From the NCBI RefSeq assembly GCF_006345805.1, contig NC_043012.1, positions 55,552,001 to 55,616,000 on the forward strand: a stretch of DNA of 64,000 bases, in the 5' to 3' direction. Each line of letters opens with the position of its first letter. The stretch's first letter is position 1. Source of the DNA: Octopus sinensis. Its lineage: Eukaryota. A model generated the notes under the pieces. The model had not been told where the DNA came from. It did no database searches and saw nothing but the letters and a program-made list of their open reading frames with translations. Shown piece after piece: positions 1-13,511 of this stretch. The position numbers were made by a program, and so were the translations under genes.

Positions 1-131
1 TATTTACCGTTATGAGATAAACAACTTCGAATTGTTGTTAATACATAGAGGCTGGTAGTAGTTGTTGTTCCTCGCGTCTTTGTGGTTTTATACAAAGTAG
101 CCGAAGGAAAAGAGGAGAGAGAAAGTTTCCC

Positions 132-547
132 GGATCTTTTCGGTTTGAACGGCAGTTTTTTCTAGCGGTGTCATATGAAATTGTCGCCCATAATTATGAC
201 CCGAGTATCGATCTATTGTATTTCAATCTGTTTTAAGGTTAGGGTTAGGGGTGGGGGGAAGGGTATCTTTGTTTCTTCACAAATGTAAATAAACCCAATC
301 TGTTTCTTAAACGAGGGACATATTCACATGGCACAGAATGTTTCACCTCAATAGACGTCATTCATTGGTTGAAATTGCAGAAATTGAAGAAAAAAAAACA
401 ACAAATATCTTACAAACTCTAGAATTTTCTCAATAAAGCCAAGAAAAAAAGATGTTTTATAAACACATTCTACCAGTATACGAAGTTTAAAAGTGTTTAG
501 TTACGTGGAAATTATGTTAAAAACTGCCGTTCAAACCGAAAAGATCC
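132..547 (+). mobile_element. ~420 bp MITE, GGATC-terminal TIR family, copy 1
   Basis: TIRs ggatcttttcggtttgaacggcagtttt / aaaactgccgttcaaaccgaaaagatcc; flanks agtttccc/agtttccg (8 bp TSD, 1 mismatch). Confidence 0.9.
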
Positions 548-1425
548 AGTTTCCGAGAGGGAAAGAAAGGAATGTTACTTCTATGATAGATACCGACTAA
601 AAGAGAGGGAACCATGACTTTACGTCTCTAACATCGCTGTGACAAGGCATGTTGCTTCTACGACAGGTGTCGAATAAAAAAAAAAAGGAAGAATTCTATT
701 TAGTGTTTCGTATTTATAACAACCCCATGACTAAACTTGGTCAAAGTAACAATGTATATTTCACGGGTTGCGCAAATTGACAGCTGACTCGTAAATTTTC
801 GAGTGAAAATTAAGAAAATAATGGAAAAAGCTTAGAAACATGCCGACTAAGGTTTCAATTCACCGTTTAGAATCCAGGATCTAATCACTTCGCATTGTAT
901 ACGATGATCTCTCAGCTCTAAGACTTCTTTCTCTCTCATTTATCTTCAAACACCCTATGGCACTGAACAGACAAAATTAACCAATATTCCTCTGAGAAAA
1001 GAATTTATCTCCCAATAGCTGTCGTTCTGATCAGATGGCTTTATAGTTTCATCGAACCGCTGGTAAGATACCATCTTCAAACTTTAAGAAAAACCCAAAA
1101 ACTTATGTTTTCCTACGCTACCATCATTAACAGTTTCATCAACTTCACTAATACTATTGCATCTACCTCAACGTACAACGTACAATCAGTCATTGACCTA
1201 TCACAATCTTTCGCGCGTTTAGAAGAAAAAATCAATCATTTGCCAGGTAAACCTGCTGAACTGTTGCGTTCGATAATTACTCTTTGTAAGAAACAACGGG
1301 AAGAATAGCTTGTTGAGTTGATTTCTATACTACAAAGATTTCTCTCCACACTTTTATTTCGTCTTCCTCGCAACTTTAGAAATCTTTACTTTTCATACAT
1401 TCTCTGCGTGTGCGTGTGGTGTTCA

Positions 1426-1871
1426 TGTATGTATGTATGTATGTATGTATGTATGTATGTATGTATGTATGTATGTATGTATGTATGTATGTATGTATGT
1501 ATGTATGTACGTACGTACGTACGTACGTACGTACGTACGTACGTACGTACGTATGTATGTATGTATATACGTATGTATGTATATACGTATGTATGTATGT
1601 ATGTATGAATGTACGTACGTATGTATGTAGGTATGTATGTATGTATGTATGTATGTATGTATGTATGTATGTACGTACGTACGTACGTACGTACGTATGT
1701 ATGTATGTATGTATATACGTATGTATGTATGTACGTACGTATGTATGTATGTACGTATGTATGTACGTATGTATGTATGTATGTATGTATGTATGTATGT
1801 ATGTATGTACGTATGTATGTATGTATGTATGTATGTATGTATGTATGTATGTATGTATGTATGTATGTATG
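1426..1871. repeat. Compound (TATG)n/(TACG)n microsatellite
   Basis: Direct reading; it produces the MYVC/YIHT pseudo-ORFs. Confidence 0.98.
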
Positions 1872-1977
1872 CCATTATCCAGTTTTATTTCAAGATTTCT
1901 TGCCAATAGAGAAAGAGCCGGTTTCTAACCTAGATCCAATGTTCCTTTATTGGAATTTTAACATCAACAAGGTATGT

Positions 1978-2390
1978 AAGGCGGCGAGCTGGCAGAATCG
2001 TTAGCACGCCGGGCGAAATGCGTAGCCGTATTTCGTCTACCGTTACGTTCTGAGTTCAAATTCCGCCGAGGTCGACTTTGCCTTTCACCCTTTCGAGGGT
2101 CGATAAATTAAGTACCAGTTACGCACTGGGGTCGATATAATCGACTTAATACGTTTGTCTGTCCTGTTTGTCCATTCTGTGTTTAGACCCTTGTGGTTAG
2201 TAAAGAAATAGGTATTTTGTCTGTCTATACGTTCTGAGTTCAAATTCCGCCGAGGTCGATAAATTATGTACCAGTGCGTCCTGGAGTTGATAAATTAAGT
2301 ACCAGTTGCGTCCTGGAGTCGATCTATTTGAGTGGCCCTAACCCTAACCCCAAATTTCGGGCCTTGTGCCTAGAGTAGAAAAGAACATCA
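1978..2390 (+). mobile_element. tRNA-derived SINE family A (head ggcggcgagctggcagaa; body gcctttcatcctttcggggtcgataaattaagtaccag), representative tandem copies
   Basis: B-box-like gagttcaaattcc. Further copies (approximate): 5947+, 7240+, 8705-9095-, 9731-10655- (cluster), 14935+, 18685+, 28840-29685+ (three), 34780+, 36900+, 43171-, 43735+, 54945-55330-, 61540-. Confidence 0.85.
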
Positions 2391-2393
2391 ACA

Positions 2394-2426
<33 letters not shown>

Positions 2427-2565
2427 TGTATGTATGTATGTATGTATGTATACGTACGGATCTGCATGTTTTGTTTTATGTATGTATTCTCATGCATATA
2501 GTTGTATATCTAGACATGCTCATATATGCATAAATGATAAACTTCTGGAAAGTTTTGAAATTTTT

Positions 2566-2800
2566 TACTGTCCAGCTTTCTCCTTTCTGGTTTGGAGAAG
2601 CCTAATTTCTCAAGATTGGTATTTAAACAGTGTGCAACATATCCCAGGGCTCCAATAATTACAGGTATAAACCTGAACTTGTAATCTGGATAGAGTAACT
2701 GTAGATTTCTCCAGAGTTCAGCGAGGTATTCTCTTTCTCCCAGATCTTCAGCTCTGCGTTAACATTCGTTGGGCAGCTGATTTCCACAACTGTACACAGC
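2566..2800 (-). mobile_element. Non-LTR retrotransposon remnant, restriction-like endonuclease (RLE) C-terminus (R4/Dong-like)
   Basis: The minus strand translates with one frameshift to LCTVVEISCPTNVNAELKIWEKENT/AELWRNLQLLYPDYKFRFIPVIIGALGYVAHCLNTNLEKLGF, matching the E(I/V)xCP...EK..KY..L...P(V/I)IIGALG pattern of RLE elements. Confidence 0.75.
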
Positions 2801-2915
2801 TTGTTTGTTTGTTTTGTTTTCCATTTGTGTCTTTCGTTTTTCGAAAGAATAGTTCATGTTCCATGTACTCGTGCTTCGTATTTTTTGGTTTCGTACACAT
2901 ATATATATGCATATA

Positions 2916-2970
<55 letters not shown>

Positions 2971-4012
2971 CAAAGTAAAATTGGAAGGTACCTCACGAGT
3001 GAAAATATATAGTGAAGAGGATATGAAAATGTTAAGAGAGGCTTTGTATTTAAACAGTTTACAGAAAAGTGTTCAAAATAGGCAGCAAAATAAGTTCATA
3101 ATTGTTTATAAGTTCATCAGAAATCATAATTGTTTATAAGCATTTCTACAGAAAGAATTTGTTGACAGCATTTGATAGGAGAAAGCGCGCATTGCTTTGT
3201 CAAAAGTTCGTCAGAAATCATAATTGTTTCAAGAGAAATGACCAATCGTAACAATACTCTTGCCTACATATATATATAAAAAATAGAAAAATGGGACAAG
3301 AACGCAATACATCCAGATAGATAATACAAAGAAAACAAGGACGGGTCATTCGGAATTTTCTTTCCTCAGTCAAGTTCCAGATTATCTTTGCAATTTCGGC
3401 TGGTTATACTCGAGATTGCTCCAATCTGGCCAGCCCCAAGGAAAAACTAAGCTAAGAGCATTAGATTCCTTGGAAGAAAGTAGCGAATGTATACGAAAAC
3501 AAGGACGGGAAAAAAAAACGGGAAAATGTTACACAAATTATATATATATATATATATATATACATATATATACACACATATATATACATATATATAATAA
3601 TATAAATAATATATAAATATATGCATATATACATACATATATGTACATACCTACAGATATATATACATACCTACATGCATACAGGAAATAAAAAAAACGT
3701 AGACAAAATGAGAAACGAGAACATAAAAACAAAAACATAGTAAACAAATGTTTTTTCGAACAACGAAAGAAACAAACAAACAGAGAAACGAGATAGGCAA
3801 CATAAAAAACGTTCCCTTCATCAGTTGTCCCCTGTGTTATCTACTCCGCGGTCCGAAGGTAGGGACAAAACACGACTTTGTTAAAACAGTCCGTTCCGCA
3901 AAGCAAATTAAAGAAAATTTGGGATTTTTTGCGGAGGGTGAAAGTGGTAACAAAAACAGGACAGTGAGAAGAAAACAGTAAAAACAAACGGTGAGGGCTG
4001 TTAAGCCAAGAC

Positions 4013-4051
<39 letters not shown>

Positions 4052-4810
4052 TGTGTGTGAGCGCGTGTTCATACATATTATAAACATATTATAAACAAAA
4101 AATGTAAAATATTCAGAAGATGGACATTCATATATAAACAGAGAAATATTTATATATTTACAAAACAAATTTACATGGAGTACAAAGAATACAGATGACT
4201 AAGAAGAGAAGGTATGGAAATTGAAGTCCAATATTATGTGAATTGTTATTTTGCCGATCTTCCCACCCTAACGAAGGCGGCCGGTTTTACGGTAATGTTG
4301 ATATGCATATCTTTGACTTTCTGCACACTCCAACTGCCAATTATGAACATGATAACTATTACGCAATTCAGAACCCCCAGAAACAGCTGTCGAGCTTAAA
4401 TTGCCATGCTTTCTCTCCCTTAGTTTTCAATATTCTTTGTACTTCATATAAATTTGTTTCATAAATATTTATATACCTACATTTTTACATGATTGTTCAT
4501 CATCTAAATATTTTCAGATTTTGTTTCTCCTGTATATATTTTCATGTATGTATGTATTATGTATGTATGTATGTATGTACGTATGTAAGTATGTATTTAT
4601 GTATTTATGTATGTATGTTTTATATATCAAGTCCAAGTGTGTTTAACTGCATCTCTATCTCCACATCAGCTCACCTTATAGCCATTCTTTATCTCGCGGA
4701 CTTAGTCCTCGATAAAAATTTTGGAGTGTAAGTTCAAATCATTTGAGCGCTTCTGCGTGTTTTCTATATTGCGTATCTCTGGATATTACCTGTTCACTAG
4801 ATAGATAGAT

Positions 4811-4911
<101 letters not shown>

Positions 4912-7900
4912 CACACTCGCTGAGTATCCTGTCGTTGCCTGGTCATTTTCACAATAGAAGGCCTTGGCGGACTTCGGAAATAGCACAGCCACGTAAATTG
5001 GATTTTCTTCGTTTTGACGGGGATTTTTCATTTTTTTTTGTTTTTGTTTTTGTCTACACCCTTGCAAATGACGGGAAGTTCTTTATGAAAAAAAATGTTT
5101 GGAAATTTATTAATCCCCCTACTCCCACCCGGCTTCCGGACCGATTTTGTCCACTTTTTTTCACAACGCACTTAAAAACAATGGGAGACGCCTTTTCGGT
5201 AGAAAAAAACGGAAAATTAAATTTATGATTTTACTTAGTTTCCCTACTAAGTAATGATTTTGGCCAATGTTTTTTTACACAATAGATTTAAAACGATGGG
5301 AGAAGCCGTGAAAGTAAAAAAAAAATAATAATAACAAATTAGAAATTAGTGACACCATTATAATCCTCACCTCCCTAATTTTCAAACAAAAAATGAAACT
5401 TAATTTAAAAACAATAGTGATATTTTTTCTTAATTTTCATTAACCTCCTCACCCCTCAATTCTTAAATTTCGGCTTATTTTCCGAAATTTTTTAAGTCAT
5501 AGTTTTAAGATACGGATAGTGTATGAGATTCATGGATCTTGTACTCTGTCGGTTACGAGCGTGCTGCTTCCACGGATCCTCGTGACTCGCTGTCGTTATA
5601 ACCAAAGGAAAAACTTGAGCCAACTTTTCTAGAACGATGCCTCAAATTTCTTCCTTAAACAAAATTTGTCAACAGGATGAAGTTTAACAATTCAGTCTAT
5701 AGGGTTAGGGTCAGCTAATTTAGGGATACATAGAGACTATGCGATTGCAATCATTAGTTTCTTCGCATGTGAAATACAGAATCTTTGAGCGTGCCGTTCA
5801 GCAGATCAAGAGGTCACAGGCTCATATTCTGTTCCCGACTGTGCAGTTTATTCCTGTTAAGACAGACATCAGTCTTTTTTTTTTTTTTTTTTTTTACATG
5901 TTCAGTACTTCTAGTCACATAAATGTGCAGTTATTGTTATTTAACTTTAAGGCAGCGAGCTGGCAGAATCGTTACCGCGCCGGATAAAAAGTTTAGCAGA
6001 ATTTCTTCCGGCTTTTTACATTCTGAATTTCAATGCCGTCGAGGTCGATTTTGCCTTTCATCCCTTCGGGGTCAGGGTAGACGTAAGTGACTTCGTCCTC
6101 CTCCCAAAATTGCCGGCTTTGTGCCAGAATGAGAAAGAATGGTTGTTTATATCTAGATCAGCTCTGGTAGAGCAGATCTATGATCAAAATCGTTCCAGCA
6201 GTGACCATCTCATCTTTCATTTTGACAGTAAAACCTAGACATGCTAGACAGTAAAACGTAGACAGTAAAATCTAGATATGTAAAACCTAGTGATGCTACT
6301 GGTCAATAGTTGGATGTGTGGGCGCACAATAGAAAAACCACGGCCAAAAGACTATTGGCATGATCTGGGACAGGGAATCGTAAATGGTTGCGTACAAGTA
6401 ACTCCATTTTCTTTGCCATCGAAATGTACTTCCTTTCAGCAGCTATCGAAGGAGAAATCCGCGAAGGGAAGAATGGCACCAGGCAACCAACAACACCCAA
6501 TAAGAAGTACCATGGAGGCTGTCACTGAGATAACCACAACCCGTGTTGAGAGGCAGATGGAAATGATTTGGTGCAATTTGTTTGGAAGCAGACGATTTGA
6601 CACGGCTGACTGGACATTCAGCCTGGTTCGGCGACGTTGCTTTTTGGCACATTTAAACAGAAAGAGTGAAAGAGAAAGAAAGGGAGAGAGGATTTATTTA
6701 TTGGACATGATTGACACAAACACTTCCCTTTTCTTCATACACATGGAGAGAGAGGGGGGAAGGAGGGAGGGAGGGAGAGTGGTGGAGGAAGAGAACAAAA
6801 GAAACATCAGAACAAGAGAGACATTAAAACGTCTTATGTCAAATAAGTCTGCGCCGAATCAGCAACGCCAAACAGGCGGCGCTAAAACGGCTGTGCCTTC
6901 GAACGATTCATGTCCGTATCGAAATGAGGCGAGTGCTGACAACACTTGATCAAACGGCAACCTAAGCCATGATGAAGATCAAACTAAAGAAGTCCAGAAA
7001 AGTTAAAGTGATATACAGGCTGAAGTTTTTTTCTAGTGCAGTGAGAGGCTGTTCCATCGACAGAGGAAATCCAATTGAATCTATCGGAAAGTGTTTTGTT
7101 GGATTCACCCATCAACAGGAATGTCACCATTAGTGTAAAACAAACAGGAGAATGGTTTTAAAGGATTAAAAAATTAAGGTTTCAGGGAAATTTCTAAGGA
7201 CAACACAACAAAAACGAACAGCTGCTGCAGTTCATGTGACGTTCAAATTCCACCGAGGTCGACTTTACCTTTCATCCGTTCGGGGTCGATAAATAGAGTA
7301 CCAGTTTCGCACTGGAGTCGATGTAATCGACTTAATCCCTTTGTCCTTGTTTGTCCCCTCTATGTTTAGCCCCTTGTGGGCAATAAAGAAATATATATTG
7401 ACAGTGCATGAGGTTCCTGGATCCGGCACTTCGTCGGTTACGACAACGAGGGTTCAAGTTGATCCGATCAACGTAAGTCTGCTCGTGAAATTAACGTGCA
7501 AGGGGCTGGCGCACCCACGCGCGCGTACCCTTAACGTAGATCTAAGAGAGATTCAATGTAGTACAGAATGTGACAAGGCTGATCCTCTGAATTTCAAGTA
7601 CAACTCATTATCCCCGGCTGAGTGGACTGGAGCGACGTGAAATACAGTATCTTGCTCAAGAGTATTTTATGATGAGTCTAAAGTCTCCCTTGGTTTTACT
7701 ACTGAATCATGTATACCATTGTTCTATATAAATTTTGCGTAAACTTTAAAATAACAGTGAGACTTTATTCCTTCGTAAAGAGGTGCAATGGATCAAGCAA
7801 GGAGCATTACAGCTTCTGGTGGTTGTAGTTAATCCATCGTTTGGATAATTCAGCCTGGACCGTCGTTGGTTACATGTGCTCCGTTACATTAATCTTTCTC

Positions 7901-8140
7901 TGGTGAAAAACGGCAGGGAATCAGCATAACTTGACTGGAGATAATTTGTCGCACCAATTTATGGAAAAAGGTAGGCTCCAGAGCCTAATGTGATATAGAA
8001 GTGACTAACTTGTTAGGAGGCATGTATCCAAAAGGCGCATTTCTTCACCTGTTACTTTATAAAACAGACAAATATAGAATTCTGTTCATCAGGTCCAACT
8101 TTTTTTTAGTACTTAAATATAAAACCGAAATATGGTAGAT

Positions 8141-8425
8141 TAGGGGTTCTCAACTATTTTTAAAACTCTATGGACCCCTTTCATTGCTATTTTATTCTGG
8201 TAGACCCCCATAGCCGTTCGATGTTTAAAAACTAGTAAAATAGAAACTTCTTTCAAAATTCCTATTTTGTTTTTCGTGAAAGAAATCTGGCTGTTTTTTG
8301 CAATACATACCAATAGATACATCTAAAGCAAACTTTATTCACGAACCCTCAAAACAGCATTATGGATACCCCAAAATCTTAAATGGACCCTTCGGGACCC
8401 TATAGATCCTGACTGAGAACCACTG
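8141..8425. mobile_element. hAT (Charlie-like) MITE
   Basis: Ends taggggttctcaac / ctgagaaccactg; perfect 8 bp TSD tggtagat. Related partial copies end near 20847, 46207 and 60607. Confidence 0.8.
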
Positions 8426-9096
8426 TGGTAGATTATGTATAGACAACAACAACTACAACAACAACAGCAGCAACAACAACAGCCGTCCAAGAATTTGGAC
8501 CTGGAGATCTCCATTTCCTGCGACTTCAAGGGCCACCTCTCTGTGGTGTCGGGCGTCAACGAAGAGCCCTCGACTACAACAAGACGACCAAAGTTTTTTT
8601 TTTTCCAAGGGCTGGGGTCTCCCGCTCCTAAGCCCTAGACCACCACCTAATCACCCTTACCCGTCTTGTTGCTTAACAACCACAACAACAACAATAATTC
8701 TTCTTATTATAGGCACAAGGCCTGAAATTTTAGGGAAGGGGACAGTCAATTACACCGACCCCAGTACTCAAGTGATACCTATTTTATCGACTCCGAAAGG
8801 ATGAAAGCCAAAGTCGACCTCGGCGGAATTTGAACTCAGAACGTAAAGACGGACGAAATACCTATTTCTTTATTACCCACAAGGGGCTAAACATAGAGGG
8901 GACAAACAAGGACAGACATAGGTATTAAGTCGATTACATCGACACTAGTGCGGAACTGGTACTTAATTTATCGACCCCGAAAGGATGAAAGGCAAAGTCA
9001 ACCTCGGCGGAATTTGAACTCACAACGTAGCGACAGACGAAGTACCGCCAAGCAGTTCGCCCGACGTGCTAACGATTCTGCCAGTTCACCGCCTTC

Positions 9097-9139
<43 letters not shown>

Positions 9140-9930
9140 TGATGATGATGATGATAAATGCCCTGATGCAGTACCAAGCAGTGACTCTCATGGCTGCTGA
9201 TCTTAACTGATTGGAAGTGTTATTCATATACATTGTTTTGTCTTGGTATAAAAGATAGGCTACAGCAAATATTCTGCTCAATGCTTGTCAGTTGCTTGAC
9301 CTCAACCAGTTGAGCATGTCCCTTAGTGGCTGGCAATATGTGCATTTCTGATCATGAGCAGAAGTAGTGGGGGAACATCATAGCCATATGTTGAAAGGGA
9401 TTCTTTGGGGTTTGTATAATTCACCTCTGGAAACATGGGTGTTTCGTTCAACAAGCCTTATTCCGGGACCTTTTGAGCGGGATGGGTTACTCGACCAGAA
9501 GAAAATTCTAACTGGACCCCACCTGCAAAGTCATGTGCTGTTTATCTTGATATGAGATCACCATGTCGCGCACATATGGTTGTGATGCATGTGCCTAGTG
9601 TACCCTTATCAGACGAGTAGTCATGATGGGTATACTGGGCTTCGTATATTTTACCCCAGTGTCACTTTGATGGCATGCACTGCTCTCTCACTCAATAATA
9701 ATAATAATAATAACAATAATAATAATAATAAAGCACAAGGCTTGAAGTTTGTAGGGAGGGTAAATCTATCACATCGACACAGTACTTGACTGGTACAAAA
9801 TTTAACGACCTCGAAAGGATGAAAGGCAAAGTCGACATCGGCGGAATTTGAATCCAGAACGTAAAGACGGACGAAATACTGCTAAGCGTTTCGAATAGCG
9901 TACTCACGATTCTGCCAGCTTGCCGCCTCC

Positions 9931-9983
<53 letters not shown>

Positions 9984-10412
9984 GGTTTCAAATTTTGGCA
10001 CAAGGCCAGCAATTGTGGGGTAGGGTGCAAGTCGATTACATCGATCTCAGTGCTCTACTTGTACTTATTTTATCGACCATGAAAGGTAAAGTTGGCCTCA
10101 GTGGAATTTGAACTCACATCATAATATTCGAAAGGAATACCTATTTCTTTACTACCCACAGGGGGCTAAACACAGAGGTGACAAACAAGGACAGACAAAC
10201 GGATTAAGTCGATTATATCGATCCAGTGCATAACTGGTACTCATTTAATCGACCCCGAAAGGATGAAAGGCAAAGTCGACCTCGGCGGAATTTGAACTCA
10301 AACGAAATACGGCTACGCATTTCGCCCAGCGTGCTAACGTTTCTGCCAGCTCGAAAGGAATACTGTTAAGCATTTTGTCCGACATGCTAACGATTCTAGC
10401 AGCTAGCCTACT

Positions 10413-10450
<38 letters not shown>

Positions 10451-12353
10451 AAATAAAAATAATCTTTTCTGTTATAGGCACAAAGGTTGAAATTTTGCGG
10501 GTGGAGCTAAATTGATTACTTTCGACCCCATTGTTCAACTGATACTTATTTTATAAGCTCCGAAAGGAAAACTCGATCACGGTAGAATTTGAACTCCGAT
10601 CGTAAAGGTAGACGAAATGGCGCCAAGCATTTTATCCAGAGCACTAACGATTCCAGCAGCCAGCCGACTTTAAAAAAATAAATACATAAATAAAAATGGA
10701 ACCCGCGATCAACAAATGTGGAGGTGAAGTTTTATATAGGATTTGTCTCCCTTTGAGGTAAAATGGTTGTTTTAAGTTCCGTTTACTAAACCAGTAACGT
10801 GGTGGTTACACTAACGACACTCGTCCCAAGTAAGTTGACATTATTACCATTACAAACAACCCTATTTCATTCGTGCTTTAACCTATAAAAATACTCTTTC
10901 TGCTTTCTAAACGATTATATCGTCGTCAAAGGCTCACTAACGCTCTTTATTTTAAATTATTTAGAGAAAGTAGTAGTGGTAGTAGTAATTTAGTGTAGGA
11001 GTTAAACTCTCTAAGAACAAAGTCCTCGTCTCGGTTTCGATTCCAGATTGTTTGTTGTTTTTACAGTTTACATTACATACATCGTTAAATGCTTGTTGGA
11101 AGGTATGACTGTTAATCACATTTATTTCCTATCTTCTCGTAAGAAATTTGATTTTTAGAATATTTTTTTCCCGAGGAAATTTACAATTGTTTATATTTAC
11201 CCAAAAGAACGGGTTTTACAACTTCCGTTTTATTATCCTTCTGAAGTTGCTAACTGACGGAATTCGTATTGCAGTCTCATCTCTCTCTTGCTTTATTTTT
11301 ATTCAATTACCATTTATCGTAATATCGACATAGTTTTGAATTTCAACGACGTGAAAAACAAAAAGGAATCTATTAAATGAACAAAAATACTTCCTTCGCG
11401 TTGATGTATGGTAATTATCTCCCTTCGACTAAATCTTATGTTATAATTACTTCCCTTGGATGAGTTTTTTCTTTGCTTTTTGTGGTTAGCCACTGTAACA
11501 CGTGCGACCGAAGTTAGTCGCAAAGAAATTGTCCTAAATATCTATACCAAGAGTATTGGTGGAATTCGATAGAATTTCTTTAGATGCAAGTGGAAGTAGT
11601 ATCTTAGTCAATACAAAAATCATCACTGAAGGCAATTTTTAAAATTGCAACAAGTAATCTAGACTGTATATAGTATGTTGATATATAAACACTTGTGGTT
11701 CCGAAACGGCGATCTTTCGTTAACGAAAGATCGCCAATTTGTTTACACAAAGTAAATAATTGTTTTAAAACAAAGTAAAATAAAACACAAAGTAAGGATC
11801 GACTAGTAACGTGAGTGCGCGCACCGTGACCACTCTTCTTAAGTAGTACCCTACCTTTTGTTGATTAAAGTATGGGGGAGGGGGAAGTGGGCTGTTTTTA
11901 CTGCATTTTTTACTTTGGGACAAAATATATTTTTTACAAATTCTTTTACTTGTTTCAGTCATTTGACAGCGGCCATACAGGACCATCGCCTTACAAAAAC
12001 AATATCACCTAATCAAATGGTCTTTAAATGCATTAAAAGCATTGTAATATAACCTGATCGCTATTTCAGAAAATTATTTTCCATTCTCATTGAGAAATTT
12101 GGCTGGGGCAAAATGAGTAAGGCAAGATAAGGTAAATCTGCCACTCCAGTTCTCTAGAAAATAGACTCATGCACATCAGCATTCATCTCTAGACATCAGA
12201 AATGTAAAAAAAACAAGAAATAAGATTTAGGTCAAATGAATGAGGCTCCGGGAAAAATGGCATGATATGTAATTAATGAAACTCGACTAGATAAAAAAAA
12301 AAGACTCCACATAAAATAAATATTCTCTAACTTCACGATCAACTGGAGTAACC

Positions 12354-12775
12354 AATCTTTTCGGTTTGAACGGCAGTTTTTTATAGCGGTGTCATATGAA
12401 ATAGTCACTCATAATTATGACCCTAGTATCGATCTATTGCATTTCAATCTATTTTGGGGTTGGTTAGGTTTAGAGGTGGGGGGAAGGGTATCTTTTTTTT
12501 CTTCACAACTGTAAATAAACCCAATCTGTTTCTTAAACGAGGGACATATTCATACGGCACAGAATGTTTTTTACCTCAATGGACGTCACTGATTGGTTGA
12601 AATTGCAGAAACTGAAGAAAAAAAACAACAAATATCTTACAAACTCTAGAATTTTCTCAATAGAGTCAAGAGAAAAAGATGTTTTATAAACACATTCTAC
12701 CAGTATACGAAGTTTAAAAGTGTTTAGTTATGTGGAAATTATTTTTAAAAACTGCCATTCAAGCCAAAAAGACCC
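12354..12775 (+). mobile_element. ~420 bp MITE, copy 2 (older, degraded TIRs)
   Basis: Same internal sequence as copy 1; flanks gagtaacc/gagtgacc. Confidence 0.85.
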
Positions 12776-13173
12776 GAGTGACCTCTTCATGATATATTTA
12801 CACCATGAGGTTAAAAAGAAGAAATTATTGAAATTAGTTATTACTTATTTTACCCTATTTTAGATATCGTGTTTTGAAACTTGAAAATTAATAAATTAAA
12901 CATTAGTGTGGGGAAAAATTGATTTGGAATCCAGCGGAGAAAAGAATACTGATTGTTAAACACCAAAAATTATCCAGGTATATATTGTTAGCAACCTCAA
13001 ATACATTTGGTTCAAAGTTCAGGGAAAATTTCTTGACAAAAGAGGACCTGTCACCTGACTATGTTTCTGATTCTCAGCTTCAGCAATAACAACTATGCTG
13101 ACCAATTTTTACTCCTAAATATAATGTAGCAATTCAAAATGATGATGCAGTACTTGCAATGTAATAATTGGCA

Positions 13174-13511
13174 ATCCTTCGGTTTGACTCGACATAACAA
13201 TAACAAGACTTCGCTTGTTTCCGAGACAACTCGACAATTCACTTCGGATATCTTCGTGATCTCCGTAACAGCTACTAAAGTGTGTCTGAGTGTACGTGCG
13301 TGCTTGTTCTTGTGTGTGTGTGCATGCTTATTCTTGTCTGTGTGTCTGTGTGTGTGCGTGCGTGCTTCTTGTCTGTGTGTCAGAACAAACACACAGACAA
13401 GAACAAGCACACACATAAGAACGAGCACACACAGACACACTTTAGTAGCATGAAGACATCCGAAGTGAATTGTCGAGTTGTCATGGAAACAAGCAAGTCA
13501 AACTGAAGGAT
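13174..13511. repeat. Imperfect long inverted repeat with a TG/CA-rich centre
   Basis: tccttcggtttgac...gcttgtttccgagacaactcgacaattcacttcggat...gctactaaagtgtgtctg mirrors cagacacactttagtagc...atccgaagtgaattgtcgagttgtcatggaaacaagc...gtcaaactgaagga; the left arm has two extra short segments. Confidence 0.85.

Noticed and set aside
1318-2004. Overlapping ORFs of 65-176 aa (MYVC/YIHT repeats)
   Set aside because: They are translations of a stop-free tetranucleotide microsatellite. The same applies to the YIYI/IYIY ORFs at 17220-17699, 26109-26718 and 62908-63412.
3325-3380. Hammerhead candidate on the minus strand (CTGAGGA...ttccGAAt...gtc)
   Set aside because: No stem I complementarity and A15.1 is missing; it could be a very decayed Penelope-like end but is not supportable.
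6290-6949. 219 aa ORF as an annotated CDS
   Set aside because: No recognisable domain, a TTG/GTG-type start, and part of it runs through a GA-rich tract; kept only as a low-interest finding.
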